A DNA stretch of 63,259 bases from a bacterium. GTDB lineage: Bacteria > Bacteroidota > Ignavibacteria > UBA10030. Below are positions 50,352 through 62,856 of the stretch, piece after piece. The stretch spans positions 1-63,259 of the forward strand of contig JAZDJN010000021.1 in assembly GCA_043803945.1 (NCBI GenBank), written 5' to 3'. The notes under the pieces were generated by a model. The model was not told the DNA's origin. It saw nothing but the letters and a program-made list of their open reading frames with translations, and made no database searches. The stretch's first letter is position 1, and every line of letters starts with the position of its first letter. The position numbers were made by a program, and so were the translations under genes.

Positions 50352-51581
50352 CTATCTGGCCGGGCTCCCAGCGCTTCGCCGTTGTGCAAAGCCGATGATG
50401 CGATCGAATCCACCGAAGCGCACATCCTTATAATAGACAAGAGCCGTATACACATTACCGGTTTGCCAGTCGTTCCCTTCCAACCTCGTCCAGTCATTAG
50501 GAGCAACAACATATTGATAATCGTACAAGCCGCGGCGCAGCGATGTTTGCCACACGTACCGTTGCTGCTCTTCATTGTAGACCATAGCTGAAGCGGGGGA
50601 ACTTCTCCAGCCATTAAAGTCTCCCACAACATAGATGGGATCGAGAATTCTCTGCTCGAGCAAGAGCTCAAATTGAAAGGGCAGATAATCGGCGAATGCA
50701 TTACCGATTGAGAAGGTGGAGGTGCCGAAATTTGCCGGTGTCGCCCCTGCGAGAAAACGGCTGACGTCTGCTCCTTCGCGCGAACGAGCCGGTTTCCCTG
50801 CGGGATAATATTCTACTTTTCGCAAATCAATCTGCCGGTATTCTTTCCCGGGCATGATCGTACGGATGATGAATGAAAGCTTTGCCGTCCCAAATCCATC
50901 CACAAATGTCTGGGGATCCTGATCGTTGGTGTCGACACGACGCGAGTTGAAGAGTTCACGATTCTTAAATACATCAACTGTGCTCAGGTTCAGGGGATAG
51001 AATGATTCCTGGCTGATCGAATCGGGATGCGGCAAGGAAAACGATGTGCTGATTTCGTGCACCTGATTGAGCGGATTGGTTCCCTCCGGCAACAACCGCT
51101 TTTCAATACTGATCCTTGGTTGCACCAGCCGTTCGACAACAAAAAATCGTCCACGCGCAAGAAGATTTTTTTGATTGTAATCCCACAACTCGAATAGGTA
51201 GTTTCCCGAATGAGGGAATTCTTTGAAACCGATAAAACCGGGGATGCTCAGCGAGTAGTGAAACCGATACTCCCTCACACCCGCTGGAGCGGATTCGTAG
51301 GGAATTGGCATCCTTGTTCGATTCTGCATTTCATCATTCACGAACATAGTTCTCGTCACCTGCCAATTACGATCGCAATGATAGAATCGGAAGATGAAAT
51401 CATCGGCATTCGGTTCATTCATATCGAATTCGATGGTGATTGGACGTGAGGACTTTTCGGCAATCGGAAATCGCGCGTCTGCAGTGCCAGTCACTCGCAG
51501 GCCGCGTATCCGGGGCGAGAAGACCTCCTGCCCCATCAACACTGAAGAGCACAGCAAAAGTACGATCAGAGCCCCTTTCAT
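50352..51581 (-). CDS. DUF5103 protein (T9SS plug-like)
   Basis: IEFD..YHCDRNW, SGNY, IYVVGDFNGW, RGLYDYQY, EGNDWQTGNVY..DRIIG. Confidence 0.7.
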   Translation of the reverse strand: MKGALIVLLLCSSVLMGQEVFSPRIRGLRVTGTADARFPIAEKSSRPITIEFDMNEPNADDFIFRFYHCDRNWQVTRTMFVNDEMQNRTRMPIPYESAPAGVREYRFHYSLSIPGFIGFKEFPHSGNYLFELWDYNQKNLLARGRFFVVERLVQPRISIEKRLLPEGTNPLNQVHEISTSFSLPHPDSISQESFYPLNLSTVDVFKNRELFNSRRVDTNDQDPQTFVDGFGTAKLSFIIRTIMPGKEYRQIDLRKVEYYPAGKPARSREGADVSRFLAGATPANFGTSTFSIGNAFADYLPFQFELLLEQRILDPIYVVGDFNGWRSSPASAMVYNEEQQRYVWQTSLRRGLYDYQYVVAPNDWTRLEGNDWQTGNVYTALVYYKDVRFGGFDRIIGFAQRRSAGSPAR

Positions 51582-52999
51582 CGCATCACCTTATACAATG
51601 AGTAATAGGTAAACTCAGGATTAAACATCGATAATCCAAATGCCGGCTTCGTCATAACAAGTTGGAGTGAATCGGCGTGCACCTGTTGAGATTCAGTGGA
51701 ATAGAGGATGAGGTAATCCACAGTTCCCTCATATCCGTTTTGACCGGAGCGGTATGTCCTTCGTTCAGAGACATATCCCAGAAGCCCAATCTCCGGCGCG
51801 GCAATCTTCCCTCCATACTCGGCGTTCGTGTTCAACCAGTGGGCAATCGGACGGATCGATTCATTCACTCCCTCCGAATATCGCTGCATGTACGGCCTCA
51901 CTGTGGAGCGATAGAGAAATTGATTTTGTACCAAAGCGAGTCCTGTAAGCACGACCAGCAGCGTGAGTGAACGGGTGGTGCTGACAACGTGCGAGAATTC
52001 CAATCGTTTAATTGTCCAGAGAGCATAGATACAAATCACCGGAGTGATGAGCAGTGATGTCCGCAGAAAAACGTCATGGGCGAGAACCAACGAGCAACAG
52101 AAGAGCAGGAAGATCCAAAATAGGGGGAATCCATCTTCTCGAAATACATCCCAGCTTTTTGTCAGCAAGGCGAGGATCGTGCCAGTGATAGTAACCAGAA
52201 GCGTCATCCCCTGAGTAGAGAAGACAAGTTTCACCGCATTGAAGAGTTTGCCGGCTGAAATCTGCTCAACAGTAAAATAGTGCTCGGGTACAATTCTGCC
52301 GTAATACATAATAGCAAGAAATGCAAACGGTACAAACACGACTAAAAACACACTGAGGGAACGGAAGAGAATTCTAAAAAAAGTCGGACGATCGTGTGAA
52401 TTGAAATACAGGTCCACGACGATCACTCCATAGAGCAGAATTGTCTCAGGCCTGATAAACCAAAGAGGCACGAGGATAAAGGACGCGGTGCTGTATTCCC
52501 TTTTAAAAATGTACCAGAGCGCCAAGAGCGTGAGAAATTGAGCGAGTGAACTTTCGAGTCCGGTCGCCGACCATCGAATCATCCAGGAATCGAATGAAAA
52601 TATCCACGCTGCTGCCAGCGCGAAGAGATGATCCCTGATTATTCCCAATGCCAACAAATAGAGTAGGAGAATGGAGAAACTCGCGAGGACAGCGTCCAGT
52701 GTTTTTGCTCCAATATAAGGATCGATATGCGTCATCGCCCCAATGCCGAGAAGCAAAGCCCAGAGAGGGCTTGGCACCTCTAACGAGGGTGAACGCATAT
52801 TGAATGCAAGGCCATCTCCATCTGCAAAATTCTTCGCCATACGCAGATAGACGTAGGTTTCATCTGGCGTATAGGTAAAGTGCAATGCCGCGGTTAGAAA
52901 GAAAACACCAACGATAGCAGCGATCCCATACTTCAGAAGAATCGCCATCCACCCCGTAGGTTCTTCCGACGGCTCGATATGAAACTGCCCCTCAGTCAA
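51578..52999 (-). CDS. Polytopic membrane glycosyltransferase-like (GT-C) protein
   Basis: DETYVYLRMAKN..GLAFN, SPLW, WSATGLES, RPE, EIGLLGY. Confidence 0.7.
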   Translation of the reverse strand: MTEGQFHIEPSEEPTGWMAILLKYGIAAIVGVFFLTAALHFTYTPDETYVYLRMAKNFADGDGLAFNMRSPSLEVPSPLWALLLGIGAMTHIDPYIGAKTLDAVLASFSILLLYLLALGIIRDHLFALAAAWIFSFDSWMIRWSATGLESSLAQFLTLLALWYIFKREYSTASFILVPLWFIRPETILLYGVIVVDLYFNSHDRPTFFRILFRSLSVFLVVFVPFAFLAIMYYGRIVPEHYFTVEQISAGKLFNAVKLVFSTQGMTLLVTITGTILALLTKSWDVFREDGFPLFWIFLLFCCSLVLAHDVFLRTSLLITPVICIYALWTIKRLEFSHVVSTTRSLTLLVVLTGLALVQNQFLYRSTVRPYMQRYSEGVNESIRPIAHWLNTNAEYGGKIAAPEIGLLGYVSERRTYRSGQNGYEGTVDYLILYSTESQQVHADSLQLVMTKPAFGLSMFNPEFTYYSLYKVMR

Positions 53000-53645
53000 G
53001 ATTCCCTTTCAAGAATGAGAAAAACTCATCGACATTGTGAAACAGAAAGTCGGTTTTCATCGCCAACACATTTTCTTTGCCATAAGAATCCCAGACCACG
53101 GCTGCGACCTTCACTCCGGCTTCGCGTGAGGCTTTGATATCCGAAACCGAATCACCCACCATTAAGGCCTCATCGGGGTGAAGCTGGAAGTGGCTCAGCA
53201 CTTTATAAATTCCTTCGGCAGAGGGTTTGTGATTGACAACATCATTCCCCGTGACGATAAGATCGAAATACTCTGAGATTCCGGATTCTTCGAGCGTAAT
53301 TCTGGTGGTGTGAATACCTTTTCCGGTGAATAGGGCCAGAATCTTTCCTCTCTCTTTCATATACGCGAGTATTTCTTTGACACCAGGATACAGTCGTGCC
53401 AGGCGTTGGTGATTGCTGCGATAGAATGAGAGATAATCAGCCATGACGGCTTCAATGTCTTTCTGGCTGACAATGCTGAGAAGGGCTCCCTCTTCCGGCG
53501 GTCCAAACATGGCAGCAATCTCGCTTTGGGAGAATGTTCTGCCCGTGTACTTCCCGGCGATATAATTAAATGAATCAAAAATGAGTTGGTTGGTTTGAGT
53601 CAGCGTACCATCCATGTCGAAAATGAGGCACTTCAAATTCTTCAT
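52992..53645 (-). CDS. HAD-family hydrolase
   Basis: FDMDGTL, FTGK, KPSAEG, MVGDS. Confidence 0.95.
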   Translation of the reverse strand: MKNLKCLIFDMDGTLTQTNQLIFDSFNYIAGKYTGRTFSQSEIAAMFGPPEEGALLSIVSQKDIEAVMADYLSFYRSNHQRLARLYPGVKEILAYMKERGKILALFTGKGIHTTRITLEESGISEYFDLIVTGNDVVNHKPSAEGIYKVLSHFQLHPDEALMVGDSVSDIKASREAGVKVAAVVWDSYGKENVLAMKTDFLFHNVDEFFSFLKGNLD

Positions 53646-53985
53646 TCCACATCCTTTTGCTGTACACTTCCGGCCTTACCCGATCGCGCGAAATCATAGG
53701 AAGCCGCGATCAATAAACGATTTCTCCATGAACCGGAAACAGAAAGGCGCCAAGCGATTCTTGACGCCTTCCATTTAATAGATAATCATCAACAGGATAA
53801 AAATACTAAACCTTTCACTGTCTTGCAATCTGCAACGGTTCGAAAGAGAAACGAAGAAACGTGGAGCTGATAACTGTTGAGTGAACTTTCTCGTTTACCA
53901 AGTAGACGGCTGTGTTTTACCCAACCTCTGACTGTGCGAAAGCACACACCTTGCGTCTCAGCGCAAAACTCTCTACTTTAATTGT

Positions 53986-55155
53986 ATGAAAAAACAGATC
54001 ATCCTTAGAAAAAATGAAGAACACCGTATCCTGGGCGGCCATCTTTGGGCGTTCAGCAATGAGATCAAAACGGTGAAAGGTGAGCCCGAGCGCGGCGATA
54101 TCGTTGAGCTGCTCCGGTTCGACGAAAAATTTCTCGGTATCGGTTTCTATAATCCGCACTCCCTCATCGCATTCAGATTACTGAGCCGCGAACACGAAGA
54201 GATTAACTTCAATTTCTTCGAAGAAAGAATTGTGCAGGCACTCAATCTGCGACGGAAGCTCTTTCCCGGTTCTGAAACCTTCAGGGTCGTCCACGGCGAA
54301 AGTGATTTCCTGCCCGGACTGATTATCGACAAGTATAATGAGTTCATTTCCATTCAGACATTCTCTGTCGGGATGGATCATCGGCTGACATTACTTTGCG
54401 ACGTTCTGGAATCCCTCTTCCATCCAAAGGCTATCGTCGAACGGAACGATGTTCAGGTGCGCTCATTGGAACATTTGCCTGAGAGGAAGAATGTTCTTCG
54501 GGGAACACTGGGCCAGACGATTATGATCGAACATGAAACGAAATATAAAGTCGATATTCTGAATGGGCAGAAAACCGGATTCTTCCTTGACCAGCGTGAA
54601 AACCGAAAAGCCATTCAGCGGTACACAAAGGATGCCAATGTCCTCGACTGCTTCTGCAACGAAGGCGGATTCAGTCTCAACGCTATCCAGGGTCTCGCTC
54701 ATAAGTCGCTCGGCCTGGATAGTTCGGAGATCGCTGTAGCAAATGCAAAAGTCAATGCTACACTGAACAACGCTGCAAATGCACATTTCGAAGTCGGTGA
54801 TGTTTTTGAGCGGTTGAAGGAATTCGAACAATCTGGCGACCGATTCGATCTCATCATCCTCGATCCCCCATCGTTTAGCCGTAACAAAAAAACCGTTGCA
54901 ACAGCATTGAAGGGGTATAAAGAGCTGAACACTCTGGCCCTGCGCCTGCTCACCTCCGGGGGTTTCCTTGTTTCCGCCTCATGCTCGCATCATATCACGG
55001 AGGATTCTTTCCTGGAAACAATCGAAGCCAGCGCCCGGGTGCTCCATCGGAAGCTTCAACTGCTCGAATTACGCGGCGCGAGTCCGGATCACCCCACTTT
55101 GGCAATGATGCCCGAAACATCATACCTCAAGTGCTGTATCTATTCCGCCATTTAA
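53986..55155 (+). CDS. rlmI: RlmI-like SAM-dependent rRNA methyltransferase
   Basis: GHLWAFSNEI (PUA), GESDFLPGL, GQKTGFFLDQREN, ILDPPSF, SCSHH. Confidence 0.88.
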   Translation: MKKQIILRKNEEHRILGGHLWAFSNEIKTVKGEPERGDIVELLRFDEKFLGIGFYNPHSLIAFRLLSREHEEINFNFFEERIVQALNLRRKLFPGSETFRVVHGESDFLPGLIIDKYNEFISIQTFSVGMDHRLTLLCDVLESLFHPKAIVERNDVQVRSLEHLPERKNVLRGTLGQTIMIEHETKYKVDILNGQKTGFFLDQRENRKAIQRYTKDANVLDCFCNEGGFSLNAIQGLAHKSLGLDSSEIAVANAKVNATLNNAANAHFEVGDVFERLKEFEQSGDRFDLIILDPPSFSRNKKTVATALKGYKELNTLALRLLTSGGFLVSASCSHHITEDSFLETIEASARVLHRKLQLLELRGASPDHPTLAMMPETSYLKCCIYSAI

Positions 55156-55240
55156 TCACAGAAAAATTGCCTCTCAGGATCGAAGGAACTATATTCCAAC
55201 TGCAGAAGTTGAAAATGATGGAATGTAAAAGGAGAACCTC

Positions 55241-55975
55241 ATGAAATCCTTCCGAATCGTGATCATTTGTACATTGTTCCTTCTTCCGTGGACAGTGTCC
55301 GCACAGGAGATTCCACTAAGGGATACGACAATCATTTTCAAACCGGCGAATCCAGAATTGGTACAAAAACAGAATTATCAATTTCTTCGCGACGCTCTCG
55401 GTATTGATCTTCTCATTTCAAACAATGGATTTGGTGCCGGTGCATTTTTCCGCCGCGAATTTGACGATGAGCTTGCAGGTACAATTTCTCTGATTGCCTC
55501 TGAGGTGAAGGACGATCGAGAGATTGAATACTACGATTACTGGGGTCAAAGCTACACACCCGGAAAAAAGAACCGCATGATCATGTTTCCATTGATGGCG
55601 GGAGCACAATATCGATTGTTTAAAGATGACATTGTGGACAACTTCCGGCCGTTCATCACGGGAGGCATGGGTCCCGCGATGGTATTCGTCTCTCCTTACT
55701 CGCGGTCAGAGGTTGTTCAGACTCCATATGGACCGGCGCCACAAACCGAACAGATAGAATTCTTCTCCAGCCTCAAATATGGAAAAGCACACTGGACTAT
55801 GGGTCTTTTTGTCGGTGCTGGTGCGCATTTCGGTATTGACAAGGGGACATTGTCGGGGATCAGCTTCCGCTATTACTGGATCCCGCTCAACAAGGGAATT
55901 GAGAGTATGGAGGGAATTCAGATTAAGAATCTTGGTGGATTCTATATAACGCTGAATTTCGGTTCGTTTTACTAA
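55241..55975 (+). CDS. Hypothetical outer-membrane beta-barrel-like protein
   Basis: Signal peptide, amphipathic strands, aromatic C-terminus (TLNFGSFY). Confidence 0.7.
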   Translation: MKSFRIVIICTLFLLPWTVSAQEIPLRDTTIIFKPANPELVQKQNYQFLRDALGIDLLISNNGFGAGAFFRREFDDELAGTISLIASEVKDDREIEYYDYWGQSYTPGKKNRMIMFPLMAGAQYRLFKDDIVDNFRPFITGGMGPAMVFVSPYSRSEVVQTPYGPAPQTEQIEFFSSLKYGKAHWTMGLFVGAGAHFGIDKGTLSGISFRYYWIPLNKGIESMEGIQIKNLGGFYITLNFGSFY

Positions 55976-55979
55976 CAAA

Positions 55980-56010
55980 CAAAAAGCGCACCCGAGGGTA
56001 CGCTTTTTGT
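55980..56010 (+). terminator. Rho-independent terminator
   Basis: AAAAAGCG-CACCCGAGGGTA-CGCTTTTTG. Confidence 0.7.
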
Positions 56011-56333
56011 CTATTGCGCCATTATTCATTCTCCTGCTTCACCAATCCTAACGGGCTTCCCTTCCCGCTATCAGATGGATTGATGACTCAGAATTCGCCG
56101 GTAATATACCATGCCGCTTTCCGGTTTGCCGTGACTCAAATCACCTGCCTGTATTCCTTCAGCCTCCGTTGAGAATTGTGATCTATTCCACATCAGATGA
56201 ATTTTCCTTTTGTAGTCAATTTTCATCCCAATGAGTTTCATAAGGATTCCTCTTCATGAAAAAAATCGTATCATTCGCTCAGGCATCTGTAGCGTTTTGC
56301 CCCGACAAAGCATCATACTCTTGAGCCGGCTCA

Positions 56334-56876
56334 ATGACAATCATCGATCAAGAACAATTCTGGGTGCACCAGGCAAGGAAAGGCAATCATCGTGCTTTTC
56401 GAAACCTGTACGATTTGCATGTTACTCCCCTGTACCGGTTTCTGACGCAGTTCTCCCGGAGTCATGACGAGGTGGCTGATTGGGTACAGCGATCCTTCAT
56501 CAAAGTATTCGAACATCTGCCGCAATTCGATGGAAGGTCGAAATTTTCAACCTGGCTTTTTACTGTGGGATTGAATGAAATGAGGATGGATCGGCGCCGG
56601 AGAGAACCACACTCCTCCCCTTTGGAGAACGAAGAAGCGGCCTTGAGCCCTGACGACCAGACCGAAAACTTTGTGTGGAGGGAGAGTATGACTAGCTGGT
56701 TGGGCGAACTCGAGGAGAATAAACGAATGGTATTTCTCCTGTACGAAGTGGAAGGTTATTCCCACGCTGAGATTGCCTCGATGCTTACTATCGGGGAAAG
56801 TACATCCAGAACATTCTTGACGCGTGCCAAACAGCATTTGAAGAAACGATGGAACGAGGAGGTCGAACAACAATGA
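56334..56876 (+). CDS. ECF RNA polymerase sigma factor
   Basis: AFRNLY, FDGRSKFSTWL, VEGYSHAEIA..STSRTFLTRAK. Confidence 0.95.
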   Translation: MTIIDQEQFWVHQARKGNHRAFRNLYDLHVTPLYRFLTQFSRSHDEVADWVQRSFIKVFEHLPQFDGRSKFSTWLFTVGLNEMRMDRRRREPHSSPLENEEAALSPDDQTENFVWRESMTSWLGELEENKRMVFLLYEVEGYSHAEIASMLTIGESTSRTFLTRAKQHLKKRWNEEVEQQ

Positions 56877-57382
56877 TACATCCCGATGAATTCTACAACC
56901 CTGAGGATTGCCCGGCACCGGACCGGCGTGAGATGATGTGGAATCGGATCGCAAGCCGCTTTCTGCCGGCCAAACGCGGATTGTTTTCTGTACTCGACAG
57001 GCGCAGCTTCTTGTATGGTGCCGCAGCAATGATTGTACTCTACCTCTCTCTGACAGGGGCATACCATACGCTGCGTGGAATGATTGATAATTCCCAACCA
57101 ACCGTTCTCAAACTCGATCACGCGTATCAATCGGCAATAACAGAATTTGAACGGGTATTGCCGGCAGTTGCAAATACACAAAGTCAAGTGGAGCCAATCC
57201 TCGGCCAAATGAAGGCAAGGAAGGAACAGATCCGTCTGCTCGATGATACCATCCAAATGTTACGCACCGAAGCAAATGGTGTCGATCTCTCTCCCACAAA
57301 ACGGTCCCGTCTCCGGGAGTTGTACAGTATGAAACTACAAATTCTTCAACAGATGATTGAACAAGGAGAAATTGAATTATGA
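56873..57382 (+). CDS. Putative membrane anti-sigma factor
   Basis: ATGA overlap with the sigma gene; MWNRI motif, one TM helix, helical C-terminus. Confidence 0.7.
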   Translation: MIHPDEFYNPEDCPAPDRREMMWNRIASRFLPAKRGLFSVLDRRSFLYGAAAMIVLYLSLTGAYHTLRGMIDNSQPTVLKLDHAYQSAITEFERVLPAVANTQSQVEPILGQMKARKEQIRLLDDTIQMLRTEANGVDLSPTKRSRLRELYSMKLQILQQMIEQGEIEL

Positions 57383-58779
57383 AATATTTATTCCACGTGA
57401 TTGCCCTCTCTCTGCTCGTCAGCATCTCCTATGGTGATGAGACCAGAACATTTGAGAAACGATTCACTCCAACATCATCCCAGACCGTTGAGATTATGGG
57501 GTTCCATGGCGCAGATGTCAAATTCATGAGCTGGGAGAAAAACGAGGTATTTATTTCGTTGATCGTGGAGTACGATGCCTCCGATCGCGATGAGGAAAAG
57601 AAATTTCTCGATGGAATCAAGATCGTCGATTCCCAAACATCCACCACGCTTCGAATCACATACAAAGAACCATCCTCTTCAAGAAAAGAAGGATTCTTTG
57701 GGATTATTAAGAGAATATTCTCAGGCAGTTACCGTTCGAAACGTATCTCAGGTGAAATTTATGTGCCTAAAACGAATGCGTTAACCTCCGATCTCCAGTA
57801 TGGATCCATAACATTAGAGGGGATGAAAAACACTATCCGTTTGACAGGACAGGGCAACACATTAAAAATACGACGATGTGATGCGCTCTCCGAGATCGAC
57901 AATAATTATGGCAGCACAACGATTGAACAATGCGGCGGGACACTCAACCTCTCCGCTCAGAGTAGCTCTAAAATTCTGATCGAGAATTTCGCCGGTGGCG
58001 GCAGGATTGATGCCAATTATTCCAACGTCACGGTGCGAAAATTCACAAAAGCTCTCTCTATCCAGGTCCAAAGTGGAACGATCAAAGCAGAAGATATTGA
58101 GGGGGACTTGACACTGGATGCGGATTACTCTACTGTCACTGCTGAGAGAATTAAAGGAGTTGTTGATGTGCAGGATCAAAGCGGAAAAGTTACAGTGAAA
58201 GAAGTTACGGGCCTGATCGGCGATGTATCGTACAGCAACGTCAGCGTCACAACCATTAACGCGAAGAATTCCAGGGGAGTCGATCTTAAAGGACAATCGG
58301 GAAGTATCACATTGCAAGACATTGCCGGAAAAGTACGAATTGAGAGCCCTTACACGACCATTAGACTCCAGAAAATCAAGGGAGACATTGATATCTCAGA
58401 TCAAAGCGGCACGATTACTGGAGATGGCATTGCGGGTGATTGGACGTCGGACACTCCATACTCTTCCCTCACACTGCAACAAATGGAGAGTAAAAAAATC
58501 ACCATCACCAACACAAGCGGCGGGGTCAATCTGCAACTCGCGGCACTTCCCTTGCAGATGCAGATCAAAACCGAGTATACGAGCGTGAGTGTTACAATGC
58601 CCAAAGGGTACAGCGGTGAGGTTAATCTTGAAGCGACCTATGGCGAAGTAGATTGTAACCTGCCGATCCGGATTAAAAATCTTGGAGGCGGGTCATACGG
58701 TATTGGAAAAATCGGTAATGGGAGTGGCTCAATCACCATCGAAACAAAATCGGGGAATATTAAGTTGAATGAGAAGTAG
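57379..58779 (+). CDS. DUF4097 (adhesin-like beta-strand repeat) exported protein
   Basis: Signal peptide; alternating QSG.I / YS.V repeats; C-terminal ITIETKSGNIKL. Confidence 0.85.
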   Translation: MKYLFHVIALSLLVSISYGDETRTFEKRFTPTSSQTVEIMGFHGADVKFMSWEKNEVFISLIVEYDASDRDEEKKFLDGIKIVDSQTSTTLRITYKEPSSSRKEGFFGIIKRIFSGSYRSKRISGEIYVPKTNALTSDLQYGSITLEGMKNTIRLTGQGNTLKIRRCDALSEIDNNYGSTTIEQCGGTLNLSAQSSSKILIENFAGGGRIDANYSNVTVRKFTKALSIQVQSGTIKAEDIEGDLTLDADYSTVTAERIKGVVDVQDQSGKVTVKEVTGLIGDVSYSNVSVTTINAKNSRGVDLKGQSGSITLQDIAGKVRIESPYTTIRLQKIKGDIDISDQSGTITGDGIAGDWTSDTPYSSLTLQQMESKKITITNTSGGVNLQLAALPLQMQIKTEYTSVSVTMPKGYSGEVNLEATYGEVDCNLPIRIKNLGGGSYGIGKIGNGSGSITIETKSGNIKLNEK

Positions 58780-58840
58780 GTTGAGTAGAAGTCCGTCTTT
58801 TACCTGGAAACTTGAACGAAAAATCCAACCACGAAGGACA

Positions 58841-60774
<1,934 letters not shown>

Positions 60775-60944
60775 CTAAGGACGCAAAAGAAAACAGACTA
60801 ATAGAAAATTAAATTAATTCAACAGATTTTCCTTTGCATCCTTGGCGAACTTTGCGGTTTGATTTTAATCTTAACTTTTCGGCCAGGTCTCCAGGAGTAC
60901 TTCACAATGAAGTTCACCGATCACATCACTCAATGGAGGATCGT

Positions 60945-61112
60945 ATGAAATCAACCCATATCCCTCTGAAGAGCAGCGAACAATCCAAATCCCTCAAGAG
61001 GTTCAATCTCAACGAAAAACGTACCGGACTCAAAGCGAAGAGCACCAATCGCTTTCGTATCGGTCAAAGTGTAAACGCGGGACGAGTTCGGGGTGGGCAT
61101 TCATTCCACTGA
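60945..61112 (+). CDS. Small basic hypothetical protein (55 aa)
   Basis: Strong GGAGGA RBS; MKSTHIPLKSSEQSKSLKRFNLNEKRTGLKAKSTNRFRIGQSVNAGRVRGGHSFH. Confidence 0.6.
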   Translation: MKSTHIPLKSSEQSKSLKRFNLNEKRTGLKAKSTNRFRIGQSVNAGRVRGGHSFH

Positions 61113-61156
61113 TAATTATCTTAGCACTCTTTTTTTGTAATTGCTCATGAGATTCT

Positions 61157-61372
61157 CCACACCTGCTCGCCCACTGTGGATCTAGAAAGGCAGGCTCGCC
61201 TAAGCACGAAGTGCGCCCGCCTGCGTCGGGCAGGTCGGCGAGCAGGCGGGGATGATACACCGATTTACCCCGTTCAACGGGGTGAACACGGATAATTTTA
61301 TTTGTTATTTCTTCGAATAAGATCTCAAACTACTTACATTCCTCAGTGACTATCCGTGTGCCATCAGTGGTT
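61157..61372. repeat. Palindromic repeat (CCACAGAT..CACGGAT / ATCCGTG..ATCAGTGG) with nested GC hairpins
   Basis: Insert CCTGCTCGCC...GGCGAGCAGGCGGG at 61162-61250; right arm resembles 50259-50290. Confidence 0.65.
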
Positions 61373-61413
61373 AAAAATGATTTTTAACTGAGCACTTACC
61401 TCTTTTGACCAGC

Positions 61414-61447
61414 AAGCGCCTTCTGGATTCCGGGAGGCGTTTCTTTT
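61414..61447. terminator. Terminator-like hairpin at the end of the PP2C gene
   Basis: AAGCGCCTTCTGGA-T-TCCGGGAGGCGTTT followed by CTTTT. Confidence 0.55.
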
Positions 61448-62591
61448 ATCCGACCCGCTTAATCACTACAATAGTTACATCATCCCGCAGTTCACAACCA
61501 CTCTGGAACGATTCCAGTTCGCTCACCAGATAGTTCTTCAGCTCTTCGGCGGAAGCATCTCCCCTCTCGACCACGATCTCCTGCAATCGCTCCTGCCCAA
61601 ATTCTTTTCCTGCACTATTCAACATCTCGATCACACCATCAGTAGTCAAGAGCAGAGAATCGTTTTTATGGAGAACGGTGCCGTGTACCTCCAGCATCTC
61701 CTCGAAACAACGTTCTCCATTCTTTGATACCGTTGAGCCAGTTGCTGACGAACCGTTCTTTTCAGAGGGAGCCATGCCCAAGGCAAGCCCCTGTGGTTGT
61801 AGTACTGAACATTGACGTACCGAACTTTTATACAAAATCGCCGGAGTGTGCCCCGCTCTGCAATAGTTGATGGCACCATTCGGATAAATACGCACCAGCG
61901 ATATTGTCAGGAAATAATTCCTCTTCAGTTGGCCATAGATATAACTATTTAATTGTGTGAGCAGCATGCGCGGGTCGGTCTCGGTTTTTGCAAGGATCTG
62001 CAGCGTCGTCTGTACTTTCACCATGTATAACGCTGCTGAGAGCCCTTTACCGGAAACGTCTCCGATCACCACCATCATGCTCCCATCCGACAAGGGGATC
62101 ATATCATAGTAATCCCCACCGACGTTCTGTGCAACCTCGCTGTACGCTGCAAGCTCATAACCGGCAGGATTGATTAACTGGGTTGGGAGCAGTTCGATCT
62201 GAATTTCACGGGCAAGATCCAGTTCATCCCTGGTCATCAGCTTATCGGCCACCTCAAGCGCAAGCAGAAATGAGAAAATTATTCCAGAGTAAATAGCATA
62301 GAAATATTGAGAGTAGAGAAATCCAAGAAGCAGGAGGAGCAACGCGATAGCATAAAAGAGTCGACGGGCTGGAGTCAGTTTCAGTAGGAATGTCAGAAAG
62401 AAACGCCATGCAAATACGAAGAACCGCTTAACAGAATTATTCTCATCGATAGGGTTTTGCATATTCCGAACATAAAAATCATAGGTCCCCTTTGCCTCGA
62501 TATTCACAAGGCGTTGGATTTCGATAAGCGACATGCCGCTCGTGAAGAGTGTATAAAAGTCTTTGATTGTACGGGAGGTTCGATGAATCAT
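61446..62591 (-). CDS. Membrane PP2C/SpoIIE-family (RsbU-like) Ser/Thr phosphatase
   Basis: LAREIQ, VGGDYYD, IGDVSGKG, RAGH, TDGVIE, DDVT. Confidence 0.93.
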   Translation of the reverse strand: MIHRTSRTIKDFYTLFTSGMSLIEIQRLVNIEAKGTYDFYVRNMQNPIDENNSVKRFFVFAWRFFLTFLLKLTPARRLFYAIALLLLLLGFLYSQYFYAIYSGIIFSFLLALEVADKLMTRDELDLAREIQIELLPTQLINPAGYELAAYSEVAQNVGGDYYDMIPLSDGSMMVVIGDVSGKGLSAALYMVKVQTTLQILAKTETDPRMLLTQLNSYIYGQLKRNYFLTISLVRIYPNGAINYCRAGHTPAILYKSSVRQCSVLQPQGLALGMAPSEKNGSSATGSTVSKNGERCFEEMLEVHGTVLHKNDSLLLTTDGVIEMLNSAGKEFGQERLQEIVVERGDASAEELKNYLVSELESFQSGCELRDDVTIVVIKRVG

Positions 62592-62658
62592 AGGATTCCC
62601 TTGTTACTGCTCAATTAATATTCTACTAAAGCTCAATGACACGATTATTTTAAGCATG

Positions 62659-62800
62659 TCATAATAACCATACGCTATTGGTTTAACTCAACCCCCTCGA
62701 TCCCCCTTCTCAATTTTAGAGAAGGGGGTAGGCCCGCTCCGCCGAAGCGGGAGTGAGGCGGAGGGGATGAGTCTAATAAATTTTCTAACTTTTATTATGA
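62659..62800. repeat. Palindromic repeat cluster
   Basis: CCCCCTTCTC..GAGAAGGGGG within ACTCA..CCCCTC / GAGGGGATGAGT, flanked by TCATAATAA / TTATTATGA. Confidence 0.55.
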
Positions 62801-62856
62801 AGCAGTTGCTAAATATTTTCCCCTCACTAAATCGTTACAGTGATTTCTTCCTACGG

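Noticed and set aside
53646-53760. Small ribosomal-protein-like ORF upstream of the HAD gene
   Set aside because: Frames contain stops and no convincing motif.
1855-58317. Many 60-240-aa antisense or alternate-frame ORFs (e.g. 1855-2451, 7501-8088, 40958-41599, 44268-44981, 56547-57101)
   Set aside because: They overlap well-supported genes and show no recognisable motifs; treated as shadow ORFs.
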